Shown here: positions 33,803 through 44,956 of the stretch, piece by piece
Position numbering within the stretch: position 1 is the first letter of the stretch
Layout: every line of letters starts with the position of its first letter
Origin: an uncultured Phycisphaerales bacterium
GTDB lineage: Bacteria > Planctomycetota > Phycisphaerae > Tepidisphaerales > Tepidisphaeraceae
Assembly: GCA_963755915.1 (NCBI GenBank)
Contig: CAVWLP010000002.1
Coordinates: forward strand, 3,488,001-3,552,000
Length of the DNA stretch: 64,000 nt
Reading direction: 5' to 3'
Notes under the pieces: model-generated
The model's database searches: none
What the model saw: the letters and a program-made list of their open reading frames with translations, nothing else
Told to the model about the DNA's origin: nothing
Program-made: the position numbers and the translations under genes

Positions 33803-35329
33803 ATGATTCAAAATATCCTTGTGCTGGGCGGAGGGAGTGCAGGTTTGCTGGCGGCGATTTCGCTCAAGCGGAAAATCCCAAAGCTGGCGGTTCGGGTGGT
33901 TCGCAGCGCGGATATCGGGGTGATTGGCGTGGGGGAAAGCACCACGCCGGTTATTCCAAGACATCTTTTTGAATATCTGGGAATCAGCCGGAAGTACTTC
34001 TATGCGGCGGCAGAGCCAACCTGGAAAGTGGGAATTCATTTTATCTGGGGTCCGAGATCGAGCTTCAATTATCCATTCGATTTGCAACTGGATGCACAAT
34101 TTGCTGATCTGCCCAAGCCCAATGGGTTTTATTGCGACGAAGAATTTGAGGGGGCGAGCGCGTGCTCGGCATTGATGGCGTGCGGGAAGGCGTTTGCGCG
34201 GCGGGCCGGGAATAGTGGAGGGCACGGTCGAGGCAATGGGGGGCCGGAGATACCGGAATTCCAGGCGTTTCACCTTGAGAACGTGAAACTGGTGGCGTGC
34301 CTGGAGACGCTGGCGCGGCAGATCGGCGTGGAGTTCATCGATGCGAAAATCGCCGGCGCCCAGCGCGGGCCGGCGGGAATCGCGGCGGTGGTTCTGGAAG
34401 ACGGGAGAAAGCTGGAGGCGGATTTTTTTATCGATGCCAGCGGCTTCCGCAGCGAACTTCTTGGGCGAACGCTGGAAGAACCTTTCATTTCATTTGATCG
34501 GTCACTGTTCTGCGATCGGGCAATTGTCGGAAGCTGGAAGCGCGGGGAGGAGCCGATATTGCCGTATACGACCGCGGAAACGATGGACGCCGGGTGGTGT
34601 TGGCAGATCGAACATGAGCAATCGGTGAATCGAGGTTACGTCTATTGCTCGGCGGCGATTTCTGATGATGAGGCGCATGCGGAATTCATGCGGAAGAATC
34701 CCAAGGCTAAAACCTGGGATAGGACAGTGAAATTCCGGTCGGGGAGATACCGGCGGGGATGGGTTGAGAACGTGGTGGGTATGGGGAATGCGTGCGGTTT
34801 CGTGGAGCCGCTGGAGTCGAGCTCACTGATGGTGATCTGTTACCAATGTCAGGCGCTGGTGGAGTTTCTGATTCATAGCGAGCTCTGTCCGACGCCGACG
34901 ATGCGGGATCTTTACAATCGTTTCGCGGAGTCGACCTGGGATGAAATCCGGGAATTTCTGGCATTTCATTACCGGTTCAACACGCGGCTGGCGACGCCGT
35001 TCTGGACGCGATGCCAGAATGAGGTTGATGTGTCGGGCAGCGCGGCGCTTCTGGAGTTTTACGCGCAGAATGGACCGACGGGGCTGTGCCGGCATTTCCT
35101 GCGGAATCTGCCGGGAGCCGGATTTCAATATGGGGTGGAAGGGTTCCTGACATTGCTGGTGGGAAATCAGGTGCCGTATCGGAATCGGCATGTGGCCAGC
35201 GAGGCGGAGCGCGCGACCTGGAAACGTCATCTGGCCAGCTACCGGGCGATTGCACAAAATGGGATGGACGTGAAAGAGGCGCTGGGATTCGTCAAACATC
35301 CGGGGTGGTGCTGGAAAGCGGGGAATTGA
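33803..35329 (+). CDS. Tryptophan halogenase family flavoprotein
   Basis: GGGSAG, IGVGEST, FIDASGF, GWCWQI and GFVEPLES. Confidence 0.9.
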   Translation: MIQNILVLGGGSAGLLAAISLKRKIPKLAVRVVRSADIGVIGVGESTTPVIPRHLFEYLGISRKYFYAAAEPTWKVGIHFIWGPRSSFNYPFDLQLDAQFADLPKPNGFYCDEEFEGASACSALMACGKAFARRAGNSGGHGRGNGGPEIPEFQAFHLENVKLVACLETLARQIGVEFIDAKIAGAQRGPAGIAAVVLEDGRKLEADFFIDASGFRSELLGRTLEEPFISFDRSLFCDRAIVGSWKRGEEPILPYTTAETMDAGWCWQIEHEQSVNRGYVYCSAAISDDEAHAEFMRKNPKAKTWDRTVKFRSGRYRRGWVENVVGMGNACGFVEPLESSSLMVICYQCQALVEFLIHSELCPTPTMRDLYNRFAESTWDEIREFLAFHYRFNTRLATPFWTRCQNEVDVSGSAALLEFYAQNGPTGLCRHFLRNLPGAGFQYGVEGFLTLLVGNQVPYRNRHVASEAERATWKRHLASYRAIAQNGMDVKEALGFVKHPGWCWKAGN

Positions 35330-37518
35330 GGGTCGGAGGTGCGCCGGCGCCGGCAGGAAAGAACGGCGATGCTGCCAATTGTTATCAATCCAAACGACGC
35401 GGGCTCGGGGACATCGACGATCGCGGGCAGGGGCAATCCATTCGCAGCGGCGAAGGCATCCAGCGCGGCAATGTCGGCTGGGGAGACGGTCGCATCAGCG
35501 CCGCTGTTGCCCTGGCCGAAGTTGGCGGCGAGGGCGGAGAAATCGGAGCCGTTGATGGAGGGGCCGTAGAGGAAATTTCCCTGGTCCCAGTTGGTGAGGC
35601 CTTTGCCGAAGTTGGCGGCGAGGATGCTGAAATCGGTTCCGTTGACGACGCCGTCGAGATTGGCGTCGCCGAGAAGGGTGTATTTGATTTCAATTTGGCC
35701 GGAGGAGAGGCCGGAGACGACGCCGTCTTTTCCGTCGGCCCAGCCGAGGCCGTAGTCACGGTTGGTTGCGGCGGCGGAGGAGATGATTCCGGGGCCGTTC
35801 CAGTGGCCGTTGTTGTAGCCGGATTTTATGTACGCGGCGATGGAGGCGATGGGATCGGATGAGGTGTAGGTGAGTAGGAGGTGGTTGTTGTTTACGTCGA
35901 GCGTGCCGCCGGGGATGGAGAGGGAGTTGAGGGTGATATTCGTTGTGTTGGCGGCGAGTTTGAAAGTGCCCGCGGAGATGGTGAGGTTGGCGGCGGTGAG
36001 GGCGGTGCCGAGGGTTAGTGCGCCTGAGCCGCATTTGGTGAAACTGCCGGTGTCGATGATTTGGCCTGTGCCGGCAATGGAATAGTTTCCGGCGCTGTTG
36101 TTGACGGAAATGGAGGCGGCATTGACGGTAGTGCTCAGGGAGACGGTGTAATTGCCGTTGTTGGAATCGTTGAAGGTGACGGAATCGCCGGCGGAGAAGA
36201 CGGTGGTTGTATTGCCGCTAGTCCAGTTAGAGCTGGCGCCGTTGTCCCAGAGCTGGTTCCCGGAGGCGTTGGCCCAGGTGAGGGAGGAGGAACCGAGGAT
36301 GGAATTGGGGATAACGCCGGGCTGGAAGAGATCGGCGAGGCTGGTGGCGTTGGCGGCGTCGCCAAGGGCGCCGGTGGAGGTATTGCCGGCGACGCCGAAG
36401 ATCTCCTGCATGGTGAGCAGGTCCGACGAATGGGTGTACTCGGCAATTGTGCTGTCGTAGGGCGATCCGTTGACGTTCGGATGTGCCAGCGGCGAAATGA
36501 CGATGCAGGGAAGCGTGTAATCCAAACTATCCGGATTATTCGATGTTGAATCGGGCTCCGATTCGTCAAACCAGATGACGATCGCGCCGTTATTCTGGTA
36601 GGCGGAGGAACTCATGATTTCGGGGATAATCTTTGAAAGGAAATTGTCGCCCTGCGCGATATTGGCTGCGTCGCCGGTGTACGTGGTGCCGTTGTAGGTG
36701 AAACCGTTCGGCAGCTCGGTGTGCATATTGTTGTAGGCGTCGGGGGTGATCCAGTTGTAGCGGGCCACCGTGTTGTTTGCGAGGTCGGTTTGCAATTGTT
36801 GAAGGGGTGCGTAATGGGAGACTTCGGGGTTGGAGGCCGTGGTGTTGCCGTTGCCGTTGGTGTCCGTGAAATAGGCGAAAGGATCGTGGTGGACCATGTA
36901 ATAGTATTGGTTCGTGCCGTTGTAGGGATTCGTGCCGGAGTAGTTGCCGCTGGAATCGTTCAGCGGCACGGTCCACTGGCTCTGCGGAAGCACGGCGCCG
37001 GTGGTCGTGTTTATGTCGGTGTCTTCAGCATATTCCTTCCAGGAGATGCCGGCAGATTGTAGGAGTCCGGCAAAGTTTTGATTGCTGGTTTGGACGTCGT
37101 CAGGCGCGCCGCTTGACGTGTAGGGAGGATCGTCATTGTTGACGCCGAAGTTGGTGCCGGCCTGGGTCCAGATATAGTTCGGCAAAGAAGGATGGATGTC
37201 CTGAACATTGGATTCGTTGACGGTGGCATTGTAATAGGTGGAGGTAAATGCGGTCTGGGCGCTGACGTTCTCGGGGATGCCATTGATGGTAATCGTGCCG
37301 TTGCCGTTCACAAGGCTGTTGATGAATGGCGCGGCGGGGTTGCCATAGATCTGCTCGTTGTCGTTGGGATTGGAAATATTGCCGTCGGGCTGAGTCCAGT
37401 TGTGGTTTTCGAATGAAAGTACGAAGACATCGCCAATGGAAGAGGCGGCATAGGCGCGCGCCGCGGCAGCCGTGATGATGGCGGAAAAAACGGGGACTCT
37501 ACGCACCCTAGACGCCAT
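35239..37518 (-). CDS. Secreted phosphoesterase/acid-phosphatase domain protein with dockerin-like domain and PEP-CTERM
   Basis: ENH, HPSLPNY, HDPF.YF, NNMH, IWFDE and HSSDL; LLGDANLDG; VPEP plus TM plus RRRR. Confidence 0.85.
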   Translation of the reverse strand: MASRVRRVPVFSAIITAAAARAYAASSIGDVFVLSFENHNWTQPDGNISNPNDNEQIYGNPAAPFINSLVNGNGTITINGIPENVSAQTAFTSTYYNATVNESNVQDIHPSLPNYIWTQAGTNFGVNNDDPPYTSSGAPDDVQTSNQNFAGLLQSAGISWKEYAEDTDINTTTGAVLPQSQWTVPLNDSSGNYSGTNPYNGTNQYYYMVHHDPFAYFTDTNGNGNTTASNPEVSHYAPLQQLQTDLANNTVARYNWITPDAYNNMHTELPNGFTYNGTTYTGDAANIAQGDNFLSKIIPEIMSSSAYQNNGAIVIWFDESEPDSTSNNPDSLDYTLPCIVISPLAHPNVNGSPYDSTIAEYTHSSDLLTMQEIFGVAGNTSTGALGDAANATSLADLFQPGVIPNSILGSSSLTWANASGNQLWDNGASSNWTSGNTTTVFSAGDSVTFNDSNNGNYTVSLSTTVNAASISVNNSAGNYSIAGTGQIIDTGSFTKCGSGALTLGTALTAANLTISAGTFKLAANTTNITLNSLSIPGGTLDVNNNHLLLTYTSSDPIASIAAYIKSGYNNGHWNGPGIISSAAATNRDYGLGWADGKDGVVSGLSSGQIEIKYTLLGDANLDGVVNGTDFSILAANFGKGLTNWDQGNFLYGPSINGSDFSALAANFGQGNSGADATVSPADIAALDAFAAANGLPLPAIVDVPEPASFGLITIGSIAVLSCRRRRTSDPQFPAFQHHPGCLTNPSASFTSIPFCAIAR

Positions 37519-37539
37519 AGCGTACAATTGTACTCAAAT

Positions 37540-38546
37540 ATGTTGCAGATTCTATTTCGAATTCATTTGTTCGGGCGGGAAATTCCAATTTATGGATATG
37601 GACTCATGCTCGTCGTGGCATTCCTGGCCTGCGTGCAGACGTCGCGGTGGCTGGCGGCTCGGAAGGGGATGAACCCCGATCATTTTGTGGATGCGACGTT
37701 GATTGCGCTGGTTACCGGGCTGATTGGGGCGCGGCTTTGCCATGTGGTGGAGAATATTCCTGAATATACGCGGTCCGATCTGACCGTGGCGCAGAACATT
37801 TACAATATCGCCAATACGCGCGAAGGGGGGCTGACTTTTTATGGCGGGTTTATCTTTGCGACGCCATGCGTGATCGCCTACGGCATTTACCGCAAGGCGA
37901 ACATTTTGCTGGGGATGGATATTGTGGCGCCGGTGGTGATGGTGGGGCTGGGGTTTGGGCGGATTGGATGTTTTTTGAATGGGTGTTGCTATGGGGCGCA
38001 GTGTTCGCTGCCGTGGGCGGTGAGTTTTCCTTATTATTCGAATGCGTATATCGAACAGAGTGAGGCGGGGAAGATCACGATTCCGGATGAGTTGCGCGGG
38101 AGCAGCGGGGGGCCGATGAATCCGCAGTTGCCGCCGGTTTCGGATACGCCGCGGCTTCATGCGCTGGCGGCGAGCAGTCCGGCGCTGCCGGTGCATCCGG
38201 CGGAGTTGTATAGCTCTTTCACGGCCTTTCTGCTGGCGGCGCTGCTGATTGCTTACCTGGGGTTGCCGCATGAGAACGGGAAAGTTTTTGCCCTGATGAT
38301 GATGCTGGAAGGGGTGGCGCGGTATATCCTGGAGCTGATTCGCGTGGAGCCGGCCGTTTGCACGGTGAAGATTTTGGGCAGGAATATGGGATGAGCATCA
38401 GCATGATTATGGGGGCAGGGGTCGCGGTGGCGGGGGTGGTGATGTGGATTTTGCTATCGCGGCGAGGGAGAGCTGGGGGTAGGGCGGAGGGCGTTGGGGT
38501 CGCCGGTGGGGGGCGGGGCGTGGTCGGTCGAGCTGCGCGGGCCTAG
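37540..38546 (+). CDS. lgt: Prolipoprotein diacylglyceryl transferase (frameshift near 38390)
   Basis: YGYGLML, GARL, GGLTFYGG, GRIGCFLNGCCYG and HPAELY. Confidence 0.92.
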
Positions 38547-39293
38547 CAGTTGCGTGAGAAGGGGGCGGAGGGCGTCGGCCCAGATTTGATATCCGTTGAC
38601 CGTGGGATGGAGCTTATCAACGGTCATGCCGGGGAAGAGTTTGCCCTCGGGGTCGGCGAGCTTGTCGTTGACGTTGATATAGAAGATCGTTTTGCCGTCG
38701 GCGAATTTTTCGAGCTGATCGTTGATGCGCACAATTTCGGGGACGACGGCGGGATTGTCGTTGCGGGGGAAGATGGCGGTGACAATGATTTTTGCGTCCG
38801 GGGCCTTTGCGCGGCAGGCGGCGAGGAGGGTTTGGTAGCCATTGACGATGTCGTCGATTTTTTCGTGGTTGCCAACATCGTTGGTGCCGGCGAGGAGGAC
38901 GATGACCTTGGGATTCACGTTATCTAATTCGCCGTTGTCGATGCGCCAGAGAATGTTCTGGATGCGGTCGCCGCCCCAGCCGAAGTCGGCGGCGTTCCAG
39001 CCGAAGAAGTTCTGGTTCCAATTCTGGAGCATTGCGGACCACTGGGGGTCGGTGCATCCCCAGCGGCGGGTGATGGAGTCGCCGAGGAAGTAGAGGTCGA
39101 TGCCGCCGGCGCGGGCTTTGGCGAGGAGCTGCTGGTGGGCGAGGATGGAGTTCGCGTCGGTGCGCGGGGCGGGGATGGAGGCGGAGTCGGGTGGGGGGGA
39201 GGGCATGGTGGTCGTTGGCTGGGCGCGGACGGGGGAGAATGTTTGGAGGAGAATCAGGGCGATTGCCCCGAAAAGAACCTTCTGACTAAACAT
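38454..39293 (-). CDS. GDSL/SGNH hydrolase (PAF-acetylhydrolase-like)
   Basis: GDSIT, FGWGGD, GTND and DKLHP. Confidence 0.9.
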   Translation of the reverse strand: MFSQKVLFGAIALILLQTFSPVRAQPTTTMPSPPPDSASIPAPRTDANSILAHQQLLAKARAGGIDLYFLGDSITRRWGCTDPQWSAMLQNWNQNFFGWNAADFGWGGDRIQNILWRIDNGELDNVNPKVIVLLAGTNDVGNHEKIDDIVNGYQTLLAACRAKAPDAKIIVTAIFPRNDNPAVVPEIVRINDQLEKFADGKTIFYINVNDKLADPEGKLFPGMTVDKLHPTVNGYQIWADALRPLLTQLLGPRSSTDHAPPPTGDPNALRPTPSSPSPR

Positions 39294-39360
39294 GAGTCCT
39301 CCTGCCGGGAGCTGCCGGTGAAATGGCAGTTCGTGCGATCAGACATTATCCTGTTTCGCA

Positions 39361-41072
39361 GTGATTCGCACACGATTTGGCCATTTCTCGAACTTGGTCT
39401 TCGTAGCCATTATCATGATATGTTTGCAAGCGGCTGTTTCTCAGGAAGTGAACTTGCAGACGATTTCCATTCCGCATCTGCGCACGACGGGGCAGGTTAC
39501 ACAACTCTACGTTAACGATAAGCCGTTTTTGGCCCTTGGGGGCGAGCTGGGGAATTCGGATGCGTCTGATTTAAACGTTTTGGAGAGCGCGTTTGCCAAG
39601 TGCCAGCGGATGAATTTGAACACGGTGATGCTGCCGGTCTATTGGGATTTGATTGAGCCCCAGGAGGGGAAGTTTGATTTTTCGCTGGTACAGGGGGCGA
39701 TCGATGGGGCCCGCAGTCACGGCTTGCACCTGGTCTACCTGTGGTTTGGCACCTGGAAGAACAGCATGTCGTGTTACGCGCCAAGCTGGGTGAAGCGCGA
39801 TACGGCTCGCTTTGCGCGGGCGAAACAAAGCTCGGGCGAATCGATGGAGATCATCAGTCCATCGAGCAGCGAGGCAAATGACGCGGATGCGCGGGCATTT
39901 TTTGAGCTGATGCGCTGGACGCGGAATTATGATGCGAAGCAGCAGACGGTGTTCATGGTGCAGGTCGAGAATGAGATCGGCATGATCCCGGAGCCGAGGG
40001 ACCATAGCGAAAAATCGGAGGCGGCATATCGCGGGCCCGTGCCAGGGCAGTTGCTCTCGATGGCGCAGAAGGGGGAGCTTGGGCCGGAGGTGGGGGGGCT
40101 GTGGGAGAGGGCGGGGAAGAGGACTTCGGGGACGTGGGGTGATGTGTTTGGCGGGAGGCGCAGGGCCAGGAAGTTTTTTCGGCGTGGCAGTTTGCCAGTT
40201 ATGTGGAGAACGTTGCGGCAGCGGGGAAGAAAGAATATCCGCTGCCGATGTATGCGAACGCGGTGCTCGTTCGACCTGGGTATCAGCCGGGGCAATATCC
40301 CAGTGCGGGGCCGCTGCCGCATCTGCTGGAGGTTTGGCGCAGCGGAGCCCCGTCGCTGGATATGATCTGTCCGGATATTTATTTTCCGAATTTCATGGAG
40401 TGGTGCGGGAAATATGTGCGGAATGGGAATCCGCTGTTTATTCCCGAGATGGCGGCGTCGGCGCGGGCGGCGGGAAATGCGGTTTGTGCGGCGGCGAAGT
40501 TTGGGGCGATTGGGTTTGGGCCGTTTTCGATTGAGAATGTGAGCGCGGAGAGGGAGCGGGAGATTGGGAATTGCTATGGCGTTTTGGCGGGATTGTCGGG
40601 GATGATTTTGAATTGCCAGGCGGAGGAGAAGATTTTGGGTCTTTCGCCGCAGATTGGGTTTGACTGGTCGGTGGCGGATCAGACGCCGCTGGGGACATTG
40701 GGGGGAGTTGAGTTTGAGGCGACCTTTGACAAGCCGGTGATTGGCGGGAGCGGGGTGACGACGGCGTTGCCGACGCTGGGAATGGGGCGGTGGGACGCGC
40801 CGCCGGCGACGCCGGATGGGGCGGCGATGGTTTTGCAGGTGGCGGATGAGGAGTTTGTGATCGTGGGGATGGGGACGACGATTACGTTTGCGCCGGCGGA
40901 TGGCAAGGGGAAGATTGGGATTGATCGCGTGCAGGAAGGGCGGTACGAAAAGGACGGAACGTGGGTTGGGGGGCGGTGGCTGAATGGGGATGAGACGCAC
41001 CAGGGACGACATGTTCGATTTAACGATGAGGAGTGGTCGGTGCAGCGGGTGATGCTTTATCGATATCAATAA
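39361..41072 (+). CDS. GH35-like beta-galactosidase / DUF5597 protein (frameshift near 40170; start uncertain)
   Basis: GGELGNS, WDLIEP.EG.FDF, WFGTWKNSMS.YAP, QVENE, PDIY and LNGDETHQG. Confidence 0.85.
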
Positions 41073-41124
41073 ACATTTTTTCGCCGGACTGTGCTGAAGC
41101 CAGGCGCCGTCGCCAGACGCCGTC

Positions 41125-41153
41125 TTGCCGATTCGGAATGAGGCGGATACCAT
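41125..41153 (+). promoter_or_regulatory. Sigma70-like promoter TTGCCG-17-TACCAT ahead of the tRNA 5' fragment
   Basis: Exact 17-bp spacer; lies 11 nt upstream of GGGCGATTGGCGCAG. Confidence 0.55.
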
Positions 41154-41370
41154 CCTTAGTGATAGGGCGATTGGCGCAGTTGGCTACGATACCACGTCTA
41201 TAAACCCTGGCGATTCCAGTCAGTTACAAAAACCCGCAGACCCCCCGACAGCATGTTTGTCAGCAGTCAGTGCAGAATTGCAGGCCGTGATTGAGTCTTG
41301 GCCGTTACTTCCGCAAGCCGCACGGCAAGCGATTCTGGCCACGATCCGAGCGGCAAAGGGGAAATGATCC

Positions 41371-41826
41371 ATGCCCTACACCGGACGCGAACGTGGCTCA
41401 CTGACAGGCCAAGAGCTTGAGGTTAAAGAGGCCCTGCACTTCTATTACCCGGACATCAACTCCGATTCCCGAATCTGGACTCCACTGACCGTGCTGTATG
41501 CCGCATACCTACGGCATTGGCAAGCCTGCAAGAAACGCGGATGGCGACGTGAGTCGATGAATGGCGTGCTGCTGTCCCCGCCAGTTGATCCGAAGCCGTT
41601 ACGGTTGAATCAATTTGGCCGGGTGATCCGCAGAGTGTTCCCGAATGCGAGCAAGGTCCGGCGAGTTGTGCGAGAGGCGGTCCGCACCCTGATTGCTGAC
41701 GATCCACAACGGGTAACGCTTCGCACCCGATGGCGTGTCCGATGGGGTTACACACTGGCCGGGCCGATGGCACTCCATTCCCACACACCACGCGGCGGGA
41801 AACGGAAGAACACCACGCCCATTTGA
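41371..41826 (+). CDS. Hypothetical protein
   Basis: 151-aa ORF within the element; no recognised motif. Confidence 0.45.
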   Translation: MPYTGRERGSLTGQELEVKEALHFYYPDINSDSRIWTPLTVLYAAYLRHWQACKKRGWRRESMNGVLLSPPVDPKPLRLNQFGRVIRRVFPNASKVRRVVREAVRTLIADDPQRVTLRTRWRVRWGYTLAGPMALHSHTPRGGKRKNTTPI

Positions 41827-42114
41827 TACGCGGATGAACCGCCCTCTCACGATGCTGTACTGATCCGTTGCGTTGAGTGAATGATTGATGCTGCGATGAT
41901 GCACACAGTTGAGACGGGGGGTGATACCTTTTGATCGTCAAATGGGTCCCATCCACTACCTTCTATAGCCATCAGTCGCGTATATAAAATTTAGCCTTGA
42001 CGATCTCGCCGGATACAAGATTGGTGAGCACTACCTCAACCCATCTTTTTTCCCAGTGTGCCGGCAGACTGGCGCGGAATGAAGTAGTCGTATCGACGTG
42101 GGGACGGCGTTGGC

Positions 42115-43014
42115 CTACCCATTCCAGAACTCCTCAAGTTCCTTGTTGTCTATTGGCGACGACAATTCGCCGAGGAGATGTTGACAAGTTCCTGCCTGCT
42201 GTTTGATTAGACCAATGTCCGAGTTGTATGTTTGCAAATCGGTATCGTTTTCAAACAGGATTATGCCGTTCTGGATTTCAAAATGTCCAAGCCGTGACTC
42301 CAAAAAGTTCAACTCATCGAGCACAGTTGCATGGAATTGCCGATTGGTATCGAATATCGCATGTGCCGTCGCCAGCGTAGCAGCCGCTTTGACCCGACAC
42401 GCGCCAACAAGCGATGATTTTGATGAGTTGTCTATTGGTATCGCTTGCAAGCGGTCAGGACACGACTCTATCAGTGAGCATATTTGTTTCTCAAATTCTT
42501 CACCGAGTTTTTCGCTTTGTTCAACCTTGGATCGTGCGGCAACAATCTTTTCCTTTGTGTCCAAATTCTCCGGTTTAAGGATTCCGTTACCCCAAATCGC
42601 ATTCATCTGGGCATTGTATTGATTCGCCAACTGCATCGTCTCCGCCTCGTATGCTTTTGCCTCATGCCGCAGTTGTTCGGTATCGCTTGCACTGACGGAT
42701 TGTGGTGTTGGTTTAGTAATTTCTGCACCGATCATTAGTGCTGCGATTATCACAACGGTGCCGTCAAAGGCACCCTTCGCGTTTTTGATTCGATTGCCCG
42801 GAAAACACACCGCCAGTCCCGCCACGACCATGCCGAAGAGTGCTGCGTCAAAAATTGATGCGGTTACAGTTTGCCACCAGCCATTGTCGCCAATCACTGA
42901 TATCGAGTAAAAAATAGCGGCAAGCAACACGCAGATTGTTCGCACTCGCCACCGCTTTTCCGGTCGTTTCGGTTGACTTTCTGCATCGGGCTGAGCAAGA
43001 AGTTCGTCACTCAT
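42115..43014 (-). CDS. Hypothetical membrane protein
   Basis: Three TM segments followed by a helical domain. Confidence 0.6.
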   Translation of the reverse strand: MSDELLAQPDAESQPKRPEKRWRVRTICVLLAAIFYSISVIGDNGWWQTVTASIFDAALFGMVVAGLAVCFPGNRIKNAKGAFDGTVVIIAALMIGAEITKPTPQSVSASDTEQLRHEAKAYEAETMQLANQYNAQMNAIWGNGILKPENLDTKEKIVAARSKVEQSEKLGEEFEKQICSLIESCPDRLQAIPIDNSSKSSLVGACRVKAAATLATAHAIFDTNRQFHATVLDELNFLESRLGHFEIQNGIILFENDTDLQTYNSDIGLIKQQAGTCQHLLGELSSPIDNKELEEFWNG

Positions 43015-43039
43015 TGGTATTCCTAATCCTGCCCAAAGT

Positions 43040-43447
43040 TCACTGACCAATCGCAATTGATGCAGTCGCGGATAATCCATTGCATGTAACGGTCACACTC
43101 CCCACGCCGGGTTCAGTCTTACTTCCGATCTTCCACGTCCACGAAACCCTGCCATCGGAATCGGCTATTTGGCTCACCAGCCCGGCCGCCCGGCTGATCG
43201 TGCCGTGGGGTGTGACGTATCGGATCGCACATTCGGCCCCCGGAATCGTTTGAGCAGTAACGCTCGCGTACCCGTCTGGACTCGCGCCACGCACCGAAAC
43301 GAATGTTACGCCGTTGGTGCTGGGCGATGCAGCGGATAATCGCGCCGGTGGTTGAGTTGTCGGCTGACTGCCCCGCGAAAACGCCGTGATAGTCACAGCA
43401 CCTATGCAGATGCACAGGGCGCTCCACCCGATAGATTTCAATAACAT
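43040..43447 (-). CDS. Hypothetical exported protein (Ig-like; G.VSWTWKIG motif)
   Basis: Signal-like N-terminus MLLKSIGWSALC. Confidence 0.6.
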   Translation of the reverse strand: MLLKSIGWSALCICIGAVTITAFSRGSQPTTQPPARLSAASPSTNGVTFVSVRGASPDGYASVTAQTIPGAECAIRYVTPHGTISRAAGLVSQIADSDGRVSWTWKIGSKTEPGVGSVTVTCNGLSATASIAIGQ

Positions 43448-43523
43448 TGTTGACCCTCCCGTGCGGACCCATTGGGCGCTATCGACTATCGGAGGGAACA
43501 GGTTGAGGATTATTTGCCGCGTC

Positions 43524-44598
43524 CTATGCTGGCCGGGCAGTGTTCGATTTAGCCACGGATCGGCGAAGTGACAACGCAAATCCAGCAAAGGCGAGAAGTG
43601 AAAAACTGGCAGGCTCCGGCACGGGGGTTAGTAAAAAAGCGTCGGGCTGGCCGTCAGGATTTATGCCGTTGCCGACAATCTGGCCTTCATCGTTGATCGC
43701 AACGGCGGTGTTAAGTGTCCAGCCGGAATTGGCAGGGACTAGATCGCTAAGATTGTCCGTATCCCCATCGCTATAGATGAAGGGAAATTCTCCGACGCCA
43801 ACAACCTGACCGTTTGAATTGATGCTGTTAGCGATGCTGTTCGATGGATCGGAAGCGTCGATGTCGATCATTTCCCCGTTGCTGTAAAGAAATGCGTGAG
43901 CAACTGTATCACCATTCAGTGCGGCCTGGCCCACGATCTCTCCGGTTGAGTTGATCGCGGTTGCAGCACTCCACGTTCCACCTAATGATCCTAAATATCC
44001 CACGGTCGATGAGTAAGCGTAGCCGTTAACGACTCCAACAATCTCCCCGGCATCGTTGATGGCAGTTGGAGCAAGTGGGCCGAGGTAAATCAATTTGTTG
44101 TTTTCCCAAAGGAATTCGCCACTGTTGCCATAGTCGAAATATTGGAGCCATGCTGAGTAGCCGACAATCGCACCGCTGTCATTGATCCCTGTGGCATAAC
44201 CCCCTGTCCAATCTGGATCGTAATCTGAGACGATACTGCCAAGATCATCGACTGACCCTCCGCCTTCAAACAATGCGGCATGAATGACTGAGACCGTTTC
44301 GGATTCGTAGTAAGGCTCGGCAAACGTCGCCCAACCAACGGCTTCTCCGCTGTTATTGATGGCCAGAGCTTCGCTTCCTGGTCCGCTCAAAGTGGTGAGA
44401 ATCCCACTGTCGTAAAGAACCGCCTCCATCCCCACGTTAGTTTCAGCCCACCCAACAATCTGCCCATTGTTGTTCATGGCTGTCGCGTTGAAATTCCCCA
44501 AGTCGGTAATCGAATATTCCACGCTCGCGGACACTGCACCGGCAAACGCGCAGAGAACAGCGCCCACGGCAACAGACGTAAGCCGAATGATGCCCATG
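43524..44598 (-). CDS. HAF-family extracellular repeat protein with PEP-CTERM
   Basis: Repeated A.AIN..G.IVG and HAFLY; AFLLTPVPEPAS plus TM. Confidence 0.88.
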
Positions 44599-44956
44599 TG
44601 AACCCCTACTGGCGAGAGGATGGGGGAATTATCGGACATCCGATCAAAATCCTGCACTCTTTCGCTTACGGGATTGGAAATGACGGCTGGATCGTGGGAA
44701 TGAGGGTGGGCGGGATTAGCGGGGTGTGCGTATGACCATCGGGACTTGATGCGGCGGCGACAGCAGACCTTTGACGACCATCAACGGCCGTTGCCTTGAC
44801 AATCCCCCCAGCCCTTACAGATTGACCCCGCAATCTGCTGATTCCGCAGCAATGATGCTTTGTACCACCTGACACAACATCAATCGTGGTGAATATTTTC
44901 TGTAGTGATCGTGTTTGTGGACGTGGATCGTTCCGCCATTGCCGGAGTTTCGGGAT

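Noticed and set aside
41165-41240. Complete tRNA gene
   Set aside because: Only the acceptor stem 5' strand and the start of the D arm are present. No anticodon or T arm (GTTC) follows either copy.
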